Origin: Macrostomum lignano
Taxonomy: Eukaryota
Assembly (NCBI GenBank): GCA_002269645.1
Contig: NIVC01000111.1
Coordinates: 248,001-312,000, forward strand
Direction: 5' to 3'
Length of the DNA: 64,000 nt
Positions 35,796 to 47,074 of this stretch are shown piece after piece. A model generated the notes under the pieces. That model worked only from the letters and a program-made list of their open reading frames with translations. It made no database searches and was not told where the DNA came from. Position 1 is the stretch's first letter. The number at the start of each line of letters is the position of its first letter. The translations under genes were made by a program, and so were the position numbers.

Positions 35796-38249
35796 TCACA
35801 GAGTCTCCGTGTGCAGTTCATAGCAGTCGGTCAACTCCTCGTTGGCATCCGCTGCCGCTGCCATCCCCTCGTCGTAGTCGCCTGTTGCAACCGTTGCGGA
35901 ACCTCTGGCTGAGCCGAAGCAGCCATTGACATAAGTTCGGAAGGACCTGTCAGTGATGTAGAATACCCAGAAGTTGATAGACGCGCTAAGCGGTACCAGC
36001 ACGTACTCTGTGGCGTACTGAGCCACCGTCAGCTGCCCGATGCGGCTCCAGTGGGTTCGAAATGCCGGATCTACTTCGTCGTACAGGCCGTTGGACAGTT
36101 TAACTATGAGACGGTCCGCGTGAGCCGTCATGAACATTGTGTAGATCACAGGCGCTGGAGCTGTAAGCACCAGGTAGGCAAGCGCCAGACCCAACTGACC
36201 AATTGCTCTGCTTAGCTGGCCATCCTGCTGATACTGTTGCTGTTGCATTGGCGATGCAGGTACCGCTGGTTCCTCCATCTGCTGCTGCATTCCGTGCTCT
36301 TCGTTGCGCAAACTCTGATAAGCGCCTTTCTTGAATAGCAACCAACAGGTTGCCAGGCTGAGAGCGCAGACCAAACTGTAAGGCAGGAGGCTTCTGGCCA
36401 GAGCGTTTAACACCGGCTTTACCAGCGTTACAAATGCTAAATTGGTGCGAAAGTTTTGCAGCCTGACGTACTGGACGCACTGGCGGCCAACTGTTGACTT
36501 AGCCGGTGCAGCGATTTCGTCTCCGATGATCAGCATGCAGTTAAATATGCAGGCAAAGCAGAATGCGCACAATGACAGAATGGCCAGTTGCCTGAATGGC
36601 AGCTCTTTGCGTGCGCCTGTTGATGAAGTCTGTCTGAAGAGCGAGTGGACGGCTAGGAAACGTTCTATGCTGAGGATTACCACCGTGAATGCGCTAGATT
36701 CAACTGTTAGGTTTAGTAAATAGACTTGAAATTTGCACCAGATATCTGTTGCTCCATTAGGCTTCAATTCTTGATCGTGCTCCATGTACTTGTCGGTGAA
36801 TAAAACCAAGTTCGATGCGATAAGTATGCTAGTGTCAAAGCAGGCCAGCAATACTATTAAAAAATTGCGACCAACCTTTCGTACCTGCGTATGTCTGGCG
36901 TAATACAATATGATGACGAAGTTGAGGCTGGAGCCAACCACGGCCAGCATTGGGAGGACAAACTTAATGATTGATTTCGCCTGCAGGATGGCTGGTATGC
37001 GGTTTGAGTACTGCTGAAAGGCCGAGTACTCGCGAGATATCTTCCTCCGCAGCTGATGCCAGAGGTCGGCCAGAATGCTGTAGCATCTGCCGCCAGTGAC
37101 CGTCGCCTGATTGCAAGTAGCCAACAGCTGCCTTAGCTGCGTCATCTCGCCCGTCTCCAGGTGCCTAGCTAAGTCTTTGTCAATGTCTTCTTGCAATACG
37201 CGGCAATAGAATGCTAGTAGACTCGCCCGCTGCTCATTAGTGAGATCGGGTTCGGAAATCTTGTTATCAGTGCAGCATTGAGACCAGTGCTCCTGATAGT
37301 GCTGCATAAAAAGCAGCACGTGGGCCAGCACTTGTCGCCCTAGGCTGGCCACGGCATGGCTAATGTTGTTAGCTCGACTGGTCAGCTGCTCTGTCGACAT
37401 CGGGCCTGTGCGATTCTGACAGCCTGCTGGCGAGTCTGCTATCGATTGGGAATAGTTAGCTATCAGCGCTGGCATTGTGTCCCAGACTAGGCCAGACAGG
37501 AGGTTGTATTCGCTTGTTATCGACACTAGTTGTATGACTGCGTCGTCTGCAATTGAAGTGTTTGTTGAGTCCGATATGTTTCTTGACAATGGTTCGTCTT
37601 CGTAAAGCATCGCGTCCACTTGACGACTGGTTGCATTGATTATTTGGACTGTCGAATCCAACAGCTGACGGGTGACGTTGGCCAGAGCTGAGGGACAGGC
37701 GGTATAGCCGCTGTAGGCGAGTCGAAGCAGCTCGTCATATTGTTTACGATCGGCTGATAAATAGCCCGGCACCTCAGCGCCTGCCGGATTGTGCAGCTGG
37801 CCAGACCGACTCGACATAAAGTCTAGAAAGGTGACAGCGTCCGACCAGTGCCTGGGATTGCGCTTGTACCACTCGGCTTGAAGCTCCTTGTCTCCATTCC
37901 AGCTGAGGTGTCTATAGACTCGGTGGTACCTTTCTAGGCTGCGCAGAAGCTCAGTGGACTCTTCTAGCGCCTGGTCCCAGTTCCACCGGTTGTAGTAGGT
38001 GGACGAGCCCACGCTGTACGTGCCGCCGAGTCTGGTTACTAAGCGCCAACTGGTGCCAAAGAAGTGCAAAAATCCTGTGTACCTCACAGCTAAGGAGTTC
38101 CATTCGTGTCGCCTGTAGTGAAAATCTTGCGCTACTACCTGGTAGATGTCTTGCAGGATTCGCTCTTGTTTGGCCGTGAAATTTCCTTGCGCCGATTTTG
38201 CTAGGAGCAGTATGCTCAGGTAGGGCAGGAGAACACTTGGTAGCTTCAT
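35796..38249 (-). CDS. Single-exon class A (rhodopsin-family) orphan GPCR, ~817 aa, signal peptide and ~420-aa N-terminal ectodomain
   Basis: First ATG at 38249 (MKLPSVLLPYLSILLLAKSAQG). Seven hydrophobic segments with GSSLN (TM1), LACFD (TM2), WCK...SIERFLAV (TM3), ECL2 Cys, LLPY (TM5), LTAP (TM6), SINFWVFYITDRSFR (TM7/H8). NFxxF/Y-type TM7 resembles invertebrate peptide-receptor-like groups. Confidence 0.9.
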   Translation of the reverse strand: MKLPSVLLPYLSILLLAKSAQGNFTAKQERILQDIYQVVAQDFHYRRHEWNSLAVRYTGFLHFFGTSWRLVTRLGGTYSVGSSTYYNRWNWDQALEESTELLRSLERYHRVYRHLSWNGDKELQAEWYKRNPRHWSDAVTFLDFMSSRSGQLHNPAGAEVPGYLSADRKQYDELLRLAYSGYTACPSALANVTRQLLDSTVQIINATSRQVDAMLYEDEPLSRNISDSTNTSIADDAVIQLVSITSEYNLLSGLVWDTMPALIANYSQSIADSPAGCQNRTGPMSTEQLTSRANNISHAVASLGRQVLAHVLLFMQHYQEHWSQCCTDNKISEPDLTNEQRASLLAFYCRVLQEDIDKDLARHLETGEMTQLRQLLATCNQATVTGGRCYSILADLWHQLRRKISREYSAFQQYSNRIPAILQAKSIIKFVLPMLAVVGSSLNFVIILYYARHTQVRKVGRNFLIVLLACFDTSILIASNLVLFTDKYMEHDQELKPNGATDIWCKFQVYLLNLTVESSAFTVVILSIERFLAVHSLFRQTSSTGARKELPFRQLAILSLCAFCFACIFNCMLIIGDEIAAPAKSTVGRQCVQYVRLQNFRTNLAFVTLVKPVLNALARSLLPYSLVCALSLATCWLLFKKGAYQSLRNEEHGMQQQMEEPAVPASPMQQQQYQQDGQLSRAIGQLGLALAYLVLTAPAPVIYTMFMTAHADRLIVKLSNGLYDEVDPAFRTHWSRIGQLTVAQYATEYVLVPLSASINFWVFYITDRSFRTYVNGCFGSARGSATVATGDYDEGMAAAADANEELTDCYELHTETL

Positions 38250-39529
38250 CGTTTGCAAGCAATCGATTGGGTATCGCTGGCTAACAGTGGAGCTTTGACT
38301 TCGATACAGTTATCCAGTGCGTCACAAATATCTTTTTCGTTCCTCTTATCTCTTATCCATTTGCCTATCCGCCACTGTTTTTCTTTTTTGGCTTTCTCTG
38401 CTGCCCCCGTGAATCGCCCAATCGGAGAGCTCCGTGGCCAGGAGGGCCCGTCGCGCTCTTGCAAAAAAGGTTGAGCGAGGCTTCTAGGGGCAGCAGATAT
38501 AAAGGTTGAGATAGAGGAGGCACTGGAAACTGATAAGTTAGGCGTCTCAATTCGACCCGGGCTAGCTCCCTTCCCCCCGAGGGAAAGAGACTGGGAGCAG
38601 AGAGGACTGAGTAGGCGATGATGAGCCTGGCTGCCTGCCTCATCTTCTCATCCTCCGGGGCTCCTCTTAACCGTGAATAATAAGCCGAGCTTATCCGCCC
38701 AAGTTGGCCTCCCTATCCCGCTCTGATTGACGTCTCTTCCACCCACTCGTCAAGGACTTCAGGTCTGCCAGTCCTCCAGGGGCAGCTGAGGGCAAGAAGT
38801 CACAGTTTGAGCTGCATTGTTGAGAGAGGAGCTTCATTGATTAATATGCATTGTTATAAATAGTGTGCATATATAGAGCTGATCCTTCACTCGTGTCATT
38901 CACCTCGGTGAAACGCTGAACACTGTCATGCATTCTAGTAATAATCCTGCTAATTAGCAATCTCTGTTGCCAGGTGCAGATAATTGGGCTCCCGGAGTTA
39001 ACGTTAATCTGCTTTCTCTCTCTTCATCTCTTCTCTAATCTCCTTGTCTTTTTTACTTTGATGACTCAAATGAATCTAACGATCGGGTCTTTTCTTCATT
39101 GCATGCATTTCTACAAAGGCTTCTGTTGATGAATTTTAAAAGCGGTTTTTAGACTTAAGGATGAAAAGTTGAGAACGGTGGTATGGTCGAGGACTTAATT
39201 AGGATAATTCTGAAGTGAATGTCTTTGAATCTTAAAACCGCAACTATCCATTTTTAATGGGACGTGGTACGTGGTACGTGGGATCCGTTCCACTGTTTAA
39301 CAGCTACAGGTTGACATTTTTACCTGGTGTACATCAATGCCACTAACTCTTCCCCAAAAACCTTATTCATTTTTTCCAGATCTGTTTCTGCATTCTTCTG
39401 TCTGTAAAGCATTGCGACATAAAGCCACATTGTGTTTTTTGAGATACCTTTGCCGTGCTGGGCATTTAGGTCGGCCAAGTTACAGCGGCCCAACCCTCAG
39501 GTTGAGGCCAACAGCAGAGCAGCCAACCG

Positions 39530-42500
39530 ATGGAGCGCGCTCTCAGCCTCAACCTGTTAAACGCGGCCGGTGTGGTGTACTTTTTCGGCGTCACTGCTGC
39601 CTGCTTCTTCACCGCAGATCTGCTGGTGCTGCCGAGACTGTCAGCGGATGGGGATCTGGCGAGTCCGGGCTGTGTGCGGCTCCTGCTGTACTGTGTCATT
39701 GCCGAGGTAAGAATATCTTATGTAGACACCTGAGCTTCCACTCTTTCGGAACAGTGTAGTAATAAGACCATGAATAATGAATAATTGCTCTGAAATGATT
39801 TTGTTTCTAAGAAACGGCCTGATTACTTTTCTCGAAGTAACTATAAAAAGTTTCTAAAAGTCGATCTTATTCGCTTCAAAAAATCTCTGATTCGATTCTA
39901 AGAATTTCCCGATCTGATTCGTTTCGATTTCTTAGAATCACCTGGATTCGTTCACGAGAATCTGTTAGATTCGTTTCGTAGTAACAGTTCAACTTGATTT
40001 AAGAAAATCATCAAATAATTTTAAGCAAAAACCTGAAGTACACTCACTGAGAATAGTGATTTTTGCTTCTAAGAATCGTCTGGTTAGTTTCCAAGAATCG
40101 TCAGGTTAGTTTCTAGGAATTATGTGGTTAGTTTCTAGGAATTATGTGGTTAGTTTCTAGGAATTATGTGGTTAATTTCTAGGAATTATGTGGTTAGTTT
40201 CTAGGAATTATGTGGTTAGTTTCTAGGAATTATGTGGTTAGTTTCTAGGAATTGTGTGGTTAGTTTCTAGGAATTATGTGGTTAGTTTCTAGGAATTATG
40301 TGGTTAGTTTCTAGGAATTATGTGGTTAGTTTCTAGGAATTATGTGGTTAGTTTCTAGGAATTTGGTTAGTTTCTAGGAATTGTGGTTAGTTTCTAAGAA
40401 TAGCAAGGTTTGTTTCAAAGAATCGTCCGGTTAGTTTCCAAGAATCGTCTCGTTCGTTTTCAAGAATCATCAGGTTAGTTTCCAAGAATCGTCTGGTTAG
40501 TTTCCAAGAATCGTCTGGTTAGTTTCCAAGAATCGTCAGGTTAGTTTTTAAGAATCGTCTGGTTAGTTTCCAAGAATCGTCTGGTTAGTTTTTAAGAATC
40601 ATCAGGTTAGTTTTTAGGAATCATCAGGTTAGTTTCCAAGATTCGTCTGGTTAGTTTCCAAGAATCGTCTGGTTAGTTTCCAAGAATCGTCTGGTTAGTT
40701 TCCAAGAATCGTCTGGTTAGTTTCCAAGAATCGTCTGGTTAGTTTCCAAGAATCGTCTGGTTAGTTTCCAAGAATCGTCTGGTTAGTTTCCAAGAATCGT
40801 CTGGTTAGTTTCCAAGAATCGTCAGGTTAGTTTTTAAGAATCATCAGGTTAGTTTTTAAGAATCATCAGGTTAGTTTGTAAGAATCATCAGGTTAGTTTC
40901 CAAGAATCGTCTGGTTAGTTTCCAAGAATCGTCTGGTTAGTTTCCAAGAATCGTCTGGTTAGTTTCCAAGAATCGTCTGGTTAGTTTCCAAGAATCGTCT
41001 GGTTAGTTTCCAAGAATCGTCAGGTTAGTTTTTAAGAATCATCAGGTTAGTTTTTAAGAATCATCAGGTTAGTTTTTAAGAATCATCAGGTTAGTTTCCA
41101 AGAATCGTCTGGTTAGTTTCCAAGAATCGTCTGGTTAGTTTCCAAGAATCGTCTGGTTAGTTTCCAAGAATCGTCTGGTTAGTTTCCAAGAATCGTCTGG
41201 TTAGTTTCCAAGAATCGTCTGGTTAGTTTCCAAGAATCGTCAGGTTAGTTTTTAAGAATCATCAGGTTAGTTTTTTAAGAATCATCAGGTTAGTTTTTAA
41301 GAATCATCAGGTTAGTTTCCAAGAATCGTCTGGTTAGTTTCCAAGAATCGTCTGGTTAGTTTCCAAGAATCGTCAGGTTAGTTTTTAAGAATCGTCTGGT
41401 TAGTTTCCAAGAATCGTCTGGTTAGTTTTTAAGAATCATCAGGTTAGTTTTTAGGAATCATCAGGTTAGTTTCCAAGATTCGTCTGGTTAGTTTCCAAGA
41501 ATCGTCTGGTTAGTTTCCAAGAATCGTCTGGTTAGTTTCCAAGAATCGTCTGGTTAGTTTCCAAGAATCGTCTGGTTAGTTTCCAAGAATCGTCTGGTTA
41601 GTTTCCAAGAATCGTCTGGTTAGTTTCCAAGAATCGTCTGGTTAGTTTCCAAGAATCGTCAGGTTAGTTTTTAAGAATCATCAGGTTAGTTTTTAAGAAT
41701 CATCAGGTTAGTTTTTAAGAATCATCAGGTTAGTTTCCAAGAATCGTCTGGTTAGTTTCCAAGAATCGTCTGGTTAGTTTCCAAGAATCGTCTGGTTAGT
41801 TTCCAAGAATCGTCTGGTTAGTTTCCAAGAATCGTCAGGTTAGTTTTTAAGAATCATCAGGTTAGTTTTTAAGAATCATCAGGTTAGTTTTTAAGAATCA
41901 TCAGGTTAGTTTTTAAGAATCATCAGGTTAGTTTTTAAGAATCATTAGGTTAGTTTCCAAGAAAAGTTCCAGGCATCATAACCGGCAAAACCGCCTACCC
42001 GCAGGTTCTGGCCAACTATTTCGCTGTGCTGCGCACATCCCGCCGCAACAGCGCCACCAGCACGGTCTTCGCTCGCACTCCGGCGTCAACTAACGGGTCC
42101 TCAACCGTTCTGGGCTACTCCGGATTGGCCAACGCGGAGTTCTGCCTGCACTGCCGGGCCAAGAGGCCACCCGGCGCGCACCACTGCCCACTCTGCCGCG
42201 TGTGCGTCCTCGGCCACGACCACCACTGCTTCTTCACCGCCTGCTGCATCGGCCGGTGCAACCGCCGGCATTTCCTCCCCCTGATGCTCCATGTGTTGCT
42301 GGGCAGCAGCCTGTGCGTCTGTCTGCAGTACCTGTACCTGGCCAGGGTGTTCCAGCCAGCCCTGTCCGTGAATATCTGGATGTACTTTTACCCCATCACT
42401 GTCGTTCTTTACGCTACCGGCAACGCCGACGCTTCAGTGGTTGCCATGGTGACGCTGTTATTCGCTACGCTATTCGGTGTTTTGGCGAGCTTTTATTTTT

Positions 42501-42706
42501 TCTTCTTCCAACTGCTGCTGGTCTGCCGCGGCCAGACGCCGCACGAGTTCGCCGAGGTGTCGGCGCCTGCGCCGAAGATGTCGCTGGGCAGCTGCAGGCG
42601 AAACTGCGCCAGGGTGTTCGGCCGCTGCGGCCTACTGCAGTTTCTGTGGCCCTGCCCGGCCCTGCCAATGCCCGAGGACTTCGCCAGGCCGGCCAAGACT
42701 GCCTGA
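39530..42706 (+). CDS. DHHC palmitoyltransferase (ZDHHC22/24-like). Exons 39530-39706 and 42005-42706
   Basis: Phase-0 junction VIAE|VLANYF (gtaag...cccgcag). Cys-rich domain FCLHCRAKRPPGAHHCPLCRVCVLGHDHHCFFTACCIGRCNRRHF with flanking TM segments. Confidence 0.9.
40070..41965. repeat. Intronic 22-bp minisatellite with three unit variants (ggttagtttctaggaattatgt, ggttagtttccaagaatcgtct, ggttagtttttaagaatcatca)
   Basis: Read directly; variants occur in blocks. Confidence 0.95.
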
Positions 42707-42829
42707 AGAGTTTCTTTGATTTCGATACATATCGGCACAGTTGCTTCAGTTGAGTCACCAGCTGACTGACTGGGTTTTCATTCTCTGATTCTCCTCGTTC
42801 CCGGAATTCTCCTGTCGTTTCGTTACATT

Positions 42830-43400
42830 GTATCTAAATTCCCCGCTTTCATTTCCCTAGCCTAATTACCCTCTATCATTCCACTAGCCTGATACCCCTC
42901 TCTCTCATTCCCCTACCCTAATTCCCCTCCCTCATTCTCCCAGCCTGATTCCCCTCTGTCATTCCCCTAGCCTGAGTTCCCTCTCTCATTCCCCTAGCCT
43001 GATTTCCCTCTCTCATTCCCCTAGCCTGATTTCCCTCTCTCATTCCCCTAGCCTGAGCTCCCTCTCTCATTCCCCTAGCCTGAGCTCCCTCTCTCATTCC
43101 CCTAGCCTGAGCTCCCTCTCTCATTCCCCTAGCCTGAGCTCCCTCTCTCATTCCCCTAGCCTGAGCTCCCTCTCTCATTCCCCTAGCCTGAGCTCCCTCT
43201 CTCATTCCCCTAGCCTGATTTCCCTCTCTCATTCCCCTAGCCTGATTTCCCTCTCTCATTCCCCTAGCCTGATTTCCCTCTCTCATTCCCCTAGCCTGAG
43301 TTCCCTCTCTCATTCCCCTAGCCTGAGTTCCCTCTCTTATTCCCCTACCCTATTTACCCCTATCATTAATTCCCCTCTCTCATTCACCTTACTGAATTAT
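42830..43400. repeat. 27-bp pyrimidine-rich minisatellite attcccctagcctgagctccctctctc
   Basis: Read directly; MREGAQARG 9-aa periodicity. Confidence 0.9.
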
Positions 43401-43944
43401 TTCTTCATCCGCCCTCTTTAATTCCCCTCTCGTAATCTCTCTCGCTATTTCCTAATTCTCTCCTAATTCCCTATTTACCATACTTCTAACTTCCTTCAAT
43501 ACGCAACGATAGCCGGACATTATCAATCGGAAGTCATGCACACTGCCTAGTCAATAACTCAGTCAGCTATGCTCGCATGTGATTTATTAGGTCTACCTGT
43601 CAATCTATTTTATACAAGCAGGGCCTTCGTAATTTCTTTCTCATCACTAAATCGAATGAGCTCAGTGCACGAACAGATATTGCCACTCAGTAATTGTTCG
43701 AGACACACATTGTCTTATTTGTATGCGCCAGACATTCTGTACTTTTCCAGCTTATCTAACACGTTTTCAGCTTCAAATTCTGTTGTGCTCAGAGATTTTT
43801 TGCCTGTCTGCGGTATCTTTCGAATGCCCTCTCCTATCGAAATTTTAATTGACATAAGTTTATATAAGTGCTGCGCTTAGATCCATGCGTCTCAACTCAC
43901 TTCGAAAGCGTTTTTAAGTAAGTTCTGCAGCAACTTTGTGTGAA

Positions 43945-44615
43945 CACAATGATGCGGTCCAGTTCAGTTGATAATGGCTGCAATGATGCGGTCCAGTTCA
44001 ACTGATAATGGCTGCAATGATGCGGTCCAGTTCGATTGATAATGGCTGCAATGATGCGGTCCAGTTCAACTGATAATGGCTGCAATGATGCGGTCCAGTT
44101 CGATTGATAATGGCTGCAATGATGCGGTCCAGTTCAGTTGATAATGGCTGCAATGATGCGGTCCAGTTCAACTGATGATGGCTGCAATGATGCGGTCCAG
44201 TTCAATTGATAATGGCTGCAATGATGCGGTCCAGTTCAATTGATAATGGCTGCATTGATGCGGTCCAGTTCGATTGATGATGGCTGCAATGATGCGGTCC
44301 AGTTCGATTGATAATGGCTGCAATGATGCAGTCCAGTTCGATTGATAATGGCTGCAATGATGCGGTCCAGTTCAGTTGATAATGGCTGCAATGATGCGGT
44401 CCAGTTCGATTGATAATGGCTGCAATGATGCGGTCCATTTCAATTGATGATCGCTGCAATGATGCGGTCCAGTTCGATTGATAATGGCTGCAATGATGCG
44501 GTCCAGTTCGATTGATAATGGCTGCAATGATGCGGTCCAGTTCAGTTGATAATGGCTGCAATGATGCGGTCCAGTTCAGTTGATAATGGCTGCAATGATG
44601 CGGTCCAGTTCAACT
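43945..44615. repeat. 34-bp minisatellite gctgcaatgatgcggtccagttcgattgataatg
   Basis: Read directly. Confidence 0.95.
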
Positions 44616-45159
44616 GCTGTTACTTTTCTAGACAAATAATTTGTTACAACATGTACTTTTGTAATGTATTTTTTGTTTAAATTTCAGGCTCCGGCAAATC
44701 TTGGCCATGATAGCGCACCATTCCAGAGCTAGCTGAACTGTGAATGCATTAGAAAGTACAGTAAAATATGTTTATTAGAATTATTTATTTAAATTGTTTT
44801 GCTTGTCCTATCTTATTTATTGGTAAGCGTCAATTTACTTGTCATTCAAATGTACTAGTTTTGGTGTACTTTATTATCTATCTATTATTAGATATTATTG
44901 CTCACCGTTTCTTTCTTACTGCTCACGATATTTTTGATTGCAAAGAATTTAGAAACCCCATTATTATTGTATAGCTCTGTTCACCTTACACGTGTTCTTG
45001 TGTTTTATGATGATGATTATAAATTTAATGCAATAAAAAGTATACAAATGTTTGCTTGCCTAATTTGGTTATAATCACAGTGTCTATTTCGGTGAAGTCT
45101 GTCTCGGGTGTCACAACAAAACATGTTTTCGTTTAAAATTTTGCCTTTGATATTGTCTG

Positions 45160-46085
45160 ATCTTTTGAATAAATTGGGGGCAATGATGCGGTCCAGTTTC
45201 CGTCAATACAGACACAATGATGCGGTCCAGTTTCGGTTAATACAGACACAATGATGCCGTCCAGTTTCCGTCAATACAGACACAATGATGCGGTCCAGTT
45301 TCGGTTAATACAGACACAATGATGCGGTCCAGTTTCCGTCAATACAGACACAATGATGCGGTCCAGTTTTGGTCAATACAGACACAATGATGCGGTCCAG
45401 TTTCCGTCAATACAGACACAATGATGCGGTCCAGTTTTGGTCAATACAGACACAATGATGCGGTCCAGTTTCCGTCAATACAGACACAATGATGCGGTCC
45501 AGTTTCCGTCAATACAGACACAATGATGCGGTCCAGTTTCGGTTAATACAGACACAATGATGCGGTCCAGTTTCGGTTAATATAGACACAATGATGCGGT
45601 CCAGTTTTGGTCAATACAGACACAATGATGCGGTCCAGTTTCCGTCAATACAGACACAATGATGCGGTCCAGTTTTGGTCAATACAGACACAATGATGCG
45701 GTCCAGTTTCCGTCAATACAGACACAATGATGCGGTCCAGTTTCCGTTAATATAGACACAATGATGCGGTCCAGTTTCGGTTAATACAGACACAATGATG
45801 CGGTTCAGTTTCCGTTAATACAGACACAATGATGCGGTCCAGTTTCGGTTAATACAGACACAATGATGCGGTCCAGTTTCGGTTAATATAGACACAATGA
45901 TGCGGTCCAGTTTTGGTCAATACAGACACAATGATGCGGTCCAGTTTCCGTTAATATAGACACAATGATGCGGTCCAGTTTCCGTTAATATAGACACAAT
46001 GATGCGGTCCAGTTTCCGTTAATATAGACACAATGATGCGGTCCAGTTTCCGTTAATATAGACACAATGATGCGGTCCAGTTTTA
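45160..46085. repeat. 34-bp minisatellite caatgatgcggtccagtttccgtcaatacagaca
   Basis: Read directly; shares an 18-bp core with the previous array. Confidence 0.95.
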
Positions 46086-47074
46086 GTTTCAATTTTTATG
46101 CAGCTTAAGCAACTCGAGTTCGAGATTAGGCTAATCCTGAGTCGTAGCACGAGTTGGTTTTGTAGGCTCTTTTTCGACTACTAATAAAATGGATGGACTG
46201 GAGTCTCCCTTGGCTCTAATGATGCTCGAGATTCGATATCGAATCCAAACGTAATTAAATAAAGCTTTCGAGGTTCTCTATTAGTGTGGCAATGTGAGAG
46301 CCTGTGGAGAGCTGGCATAATGTAGAGTGCGGGCCCTTCAATCATTGCTGCATTCAGGCATTCGATTGCTTTTTCATACAAGAAAGCGCGAAACACGTTT
46401 AACTGAGAATTCTAATAATTATATATCGTGTAGAAACCGAACTCTATATTTAATTTTCTTAATCAATTAGATTCCTATACTCTTCACATTAAGAGGTCGC
46501 GGTCAGTTGAAAAAGTAGCAAATTAAAAGTTCTGCCAAGATCAATTCACAGAATTATTTCTGAAACCAATAGTAAGACAAGATTTTGGATTGATGGAGCT
46601 TTTTGGAGAATTAAAGTGATTCTGGATTGCCTGGAAACATTCATTCAGATGCATCCTTTAGATAGCGTTTTTTACTATATCTACATTTAGGTAACAAGGA
46701 CCACTATAATATAACTGGCCCTAAAACTCATAGATCGTCTAATTTTTTTGGAGGCCGATTTCCTAGAAAAAGTTTATACTTTGCCGAGATAGGAAAATCC
46801 TCTTTTCATCATAAAATCAGTGATTGTATTTGATCTGGGGGCAGTGAAGATTACCTGTCTTAACGTGGCTCTTGTGTTTTATATAATAATAAATAATAGT
46901 AACTGATTACATCGGCGCTATGGGCCAGATGTGCAACCGACAGCTCAGCCGCAGCTATCCAGGAAATTGGCCTCCAAAAAAATTTCACCATCTTTGAATT
47001 GCAGTGTCCTGCATGGTACAGCGTACTACAGTGGTCCTTAAAATATGATTCATAAATTCTCAGTACGAGCTAAT

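Noticed and set aside
43945-46085. Repeat-spacer (CRISPR-like) reading of the 34-bp arrays
   Set aside because: The variable parts are near-identical within each array, so they are minisatellite units, not acquired spacers.
46100-46200. tRNA or tRNA-derived SINE (gttcgaga B-box-like)
   Set aside because: No A-box at suitable spacing and no cloverleaf.
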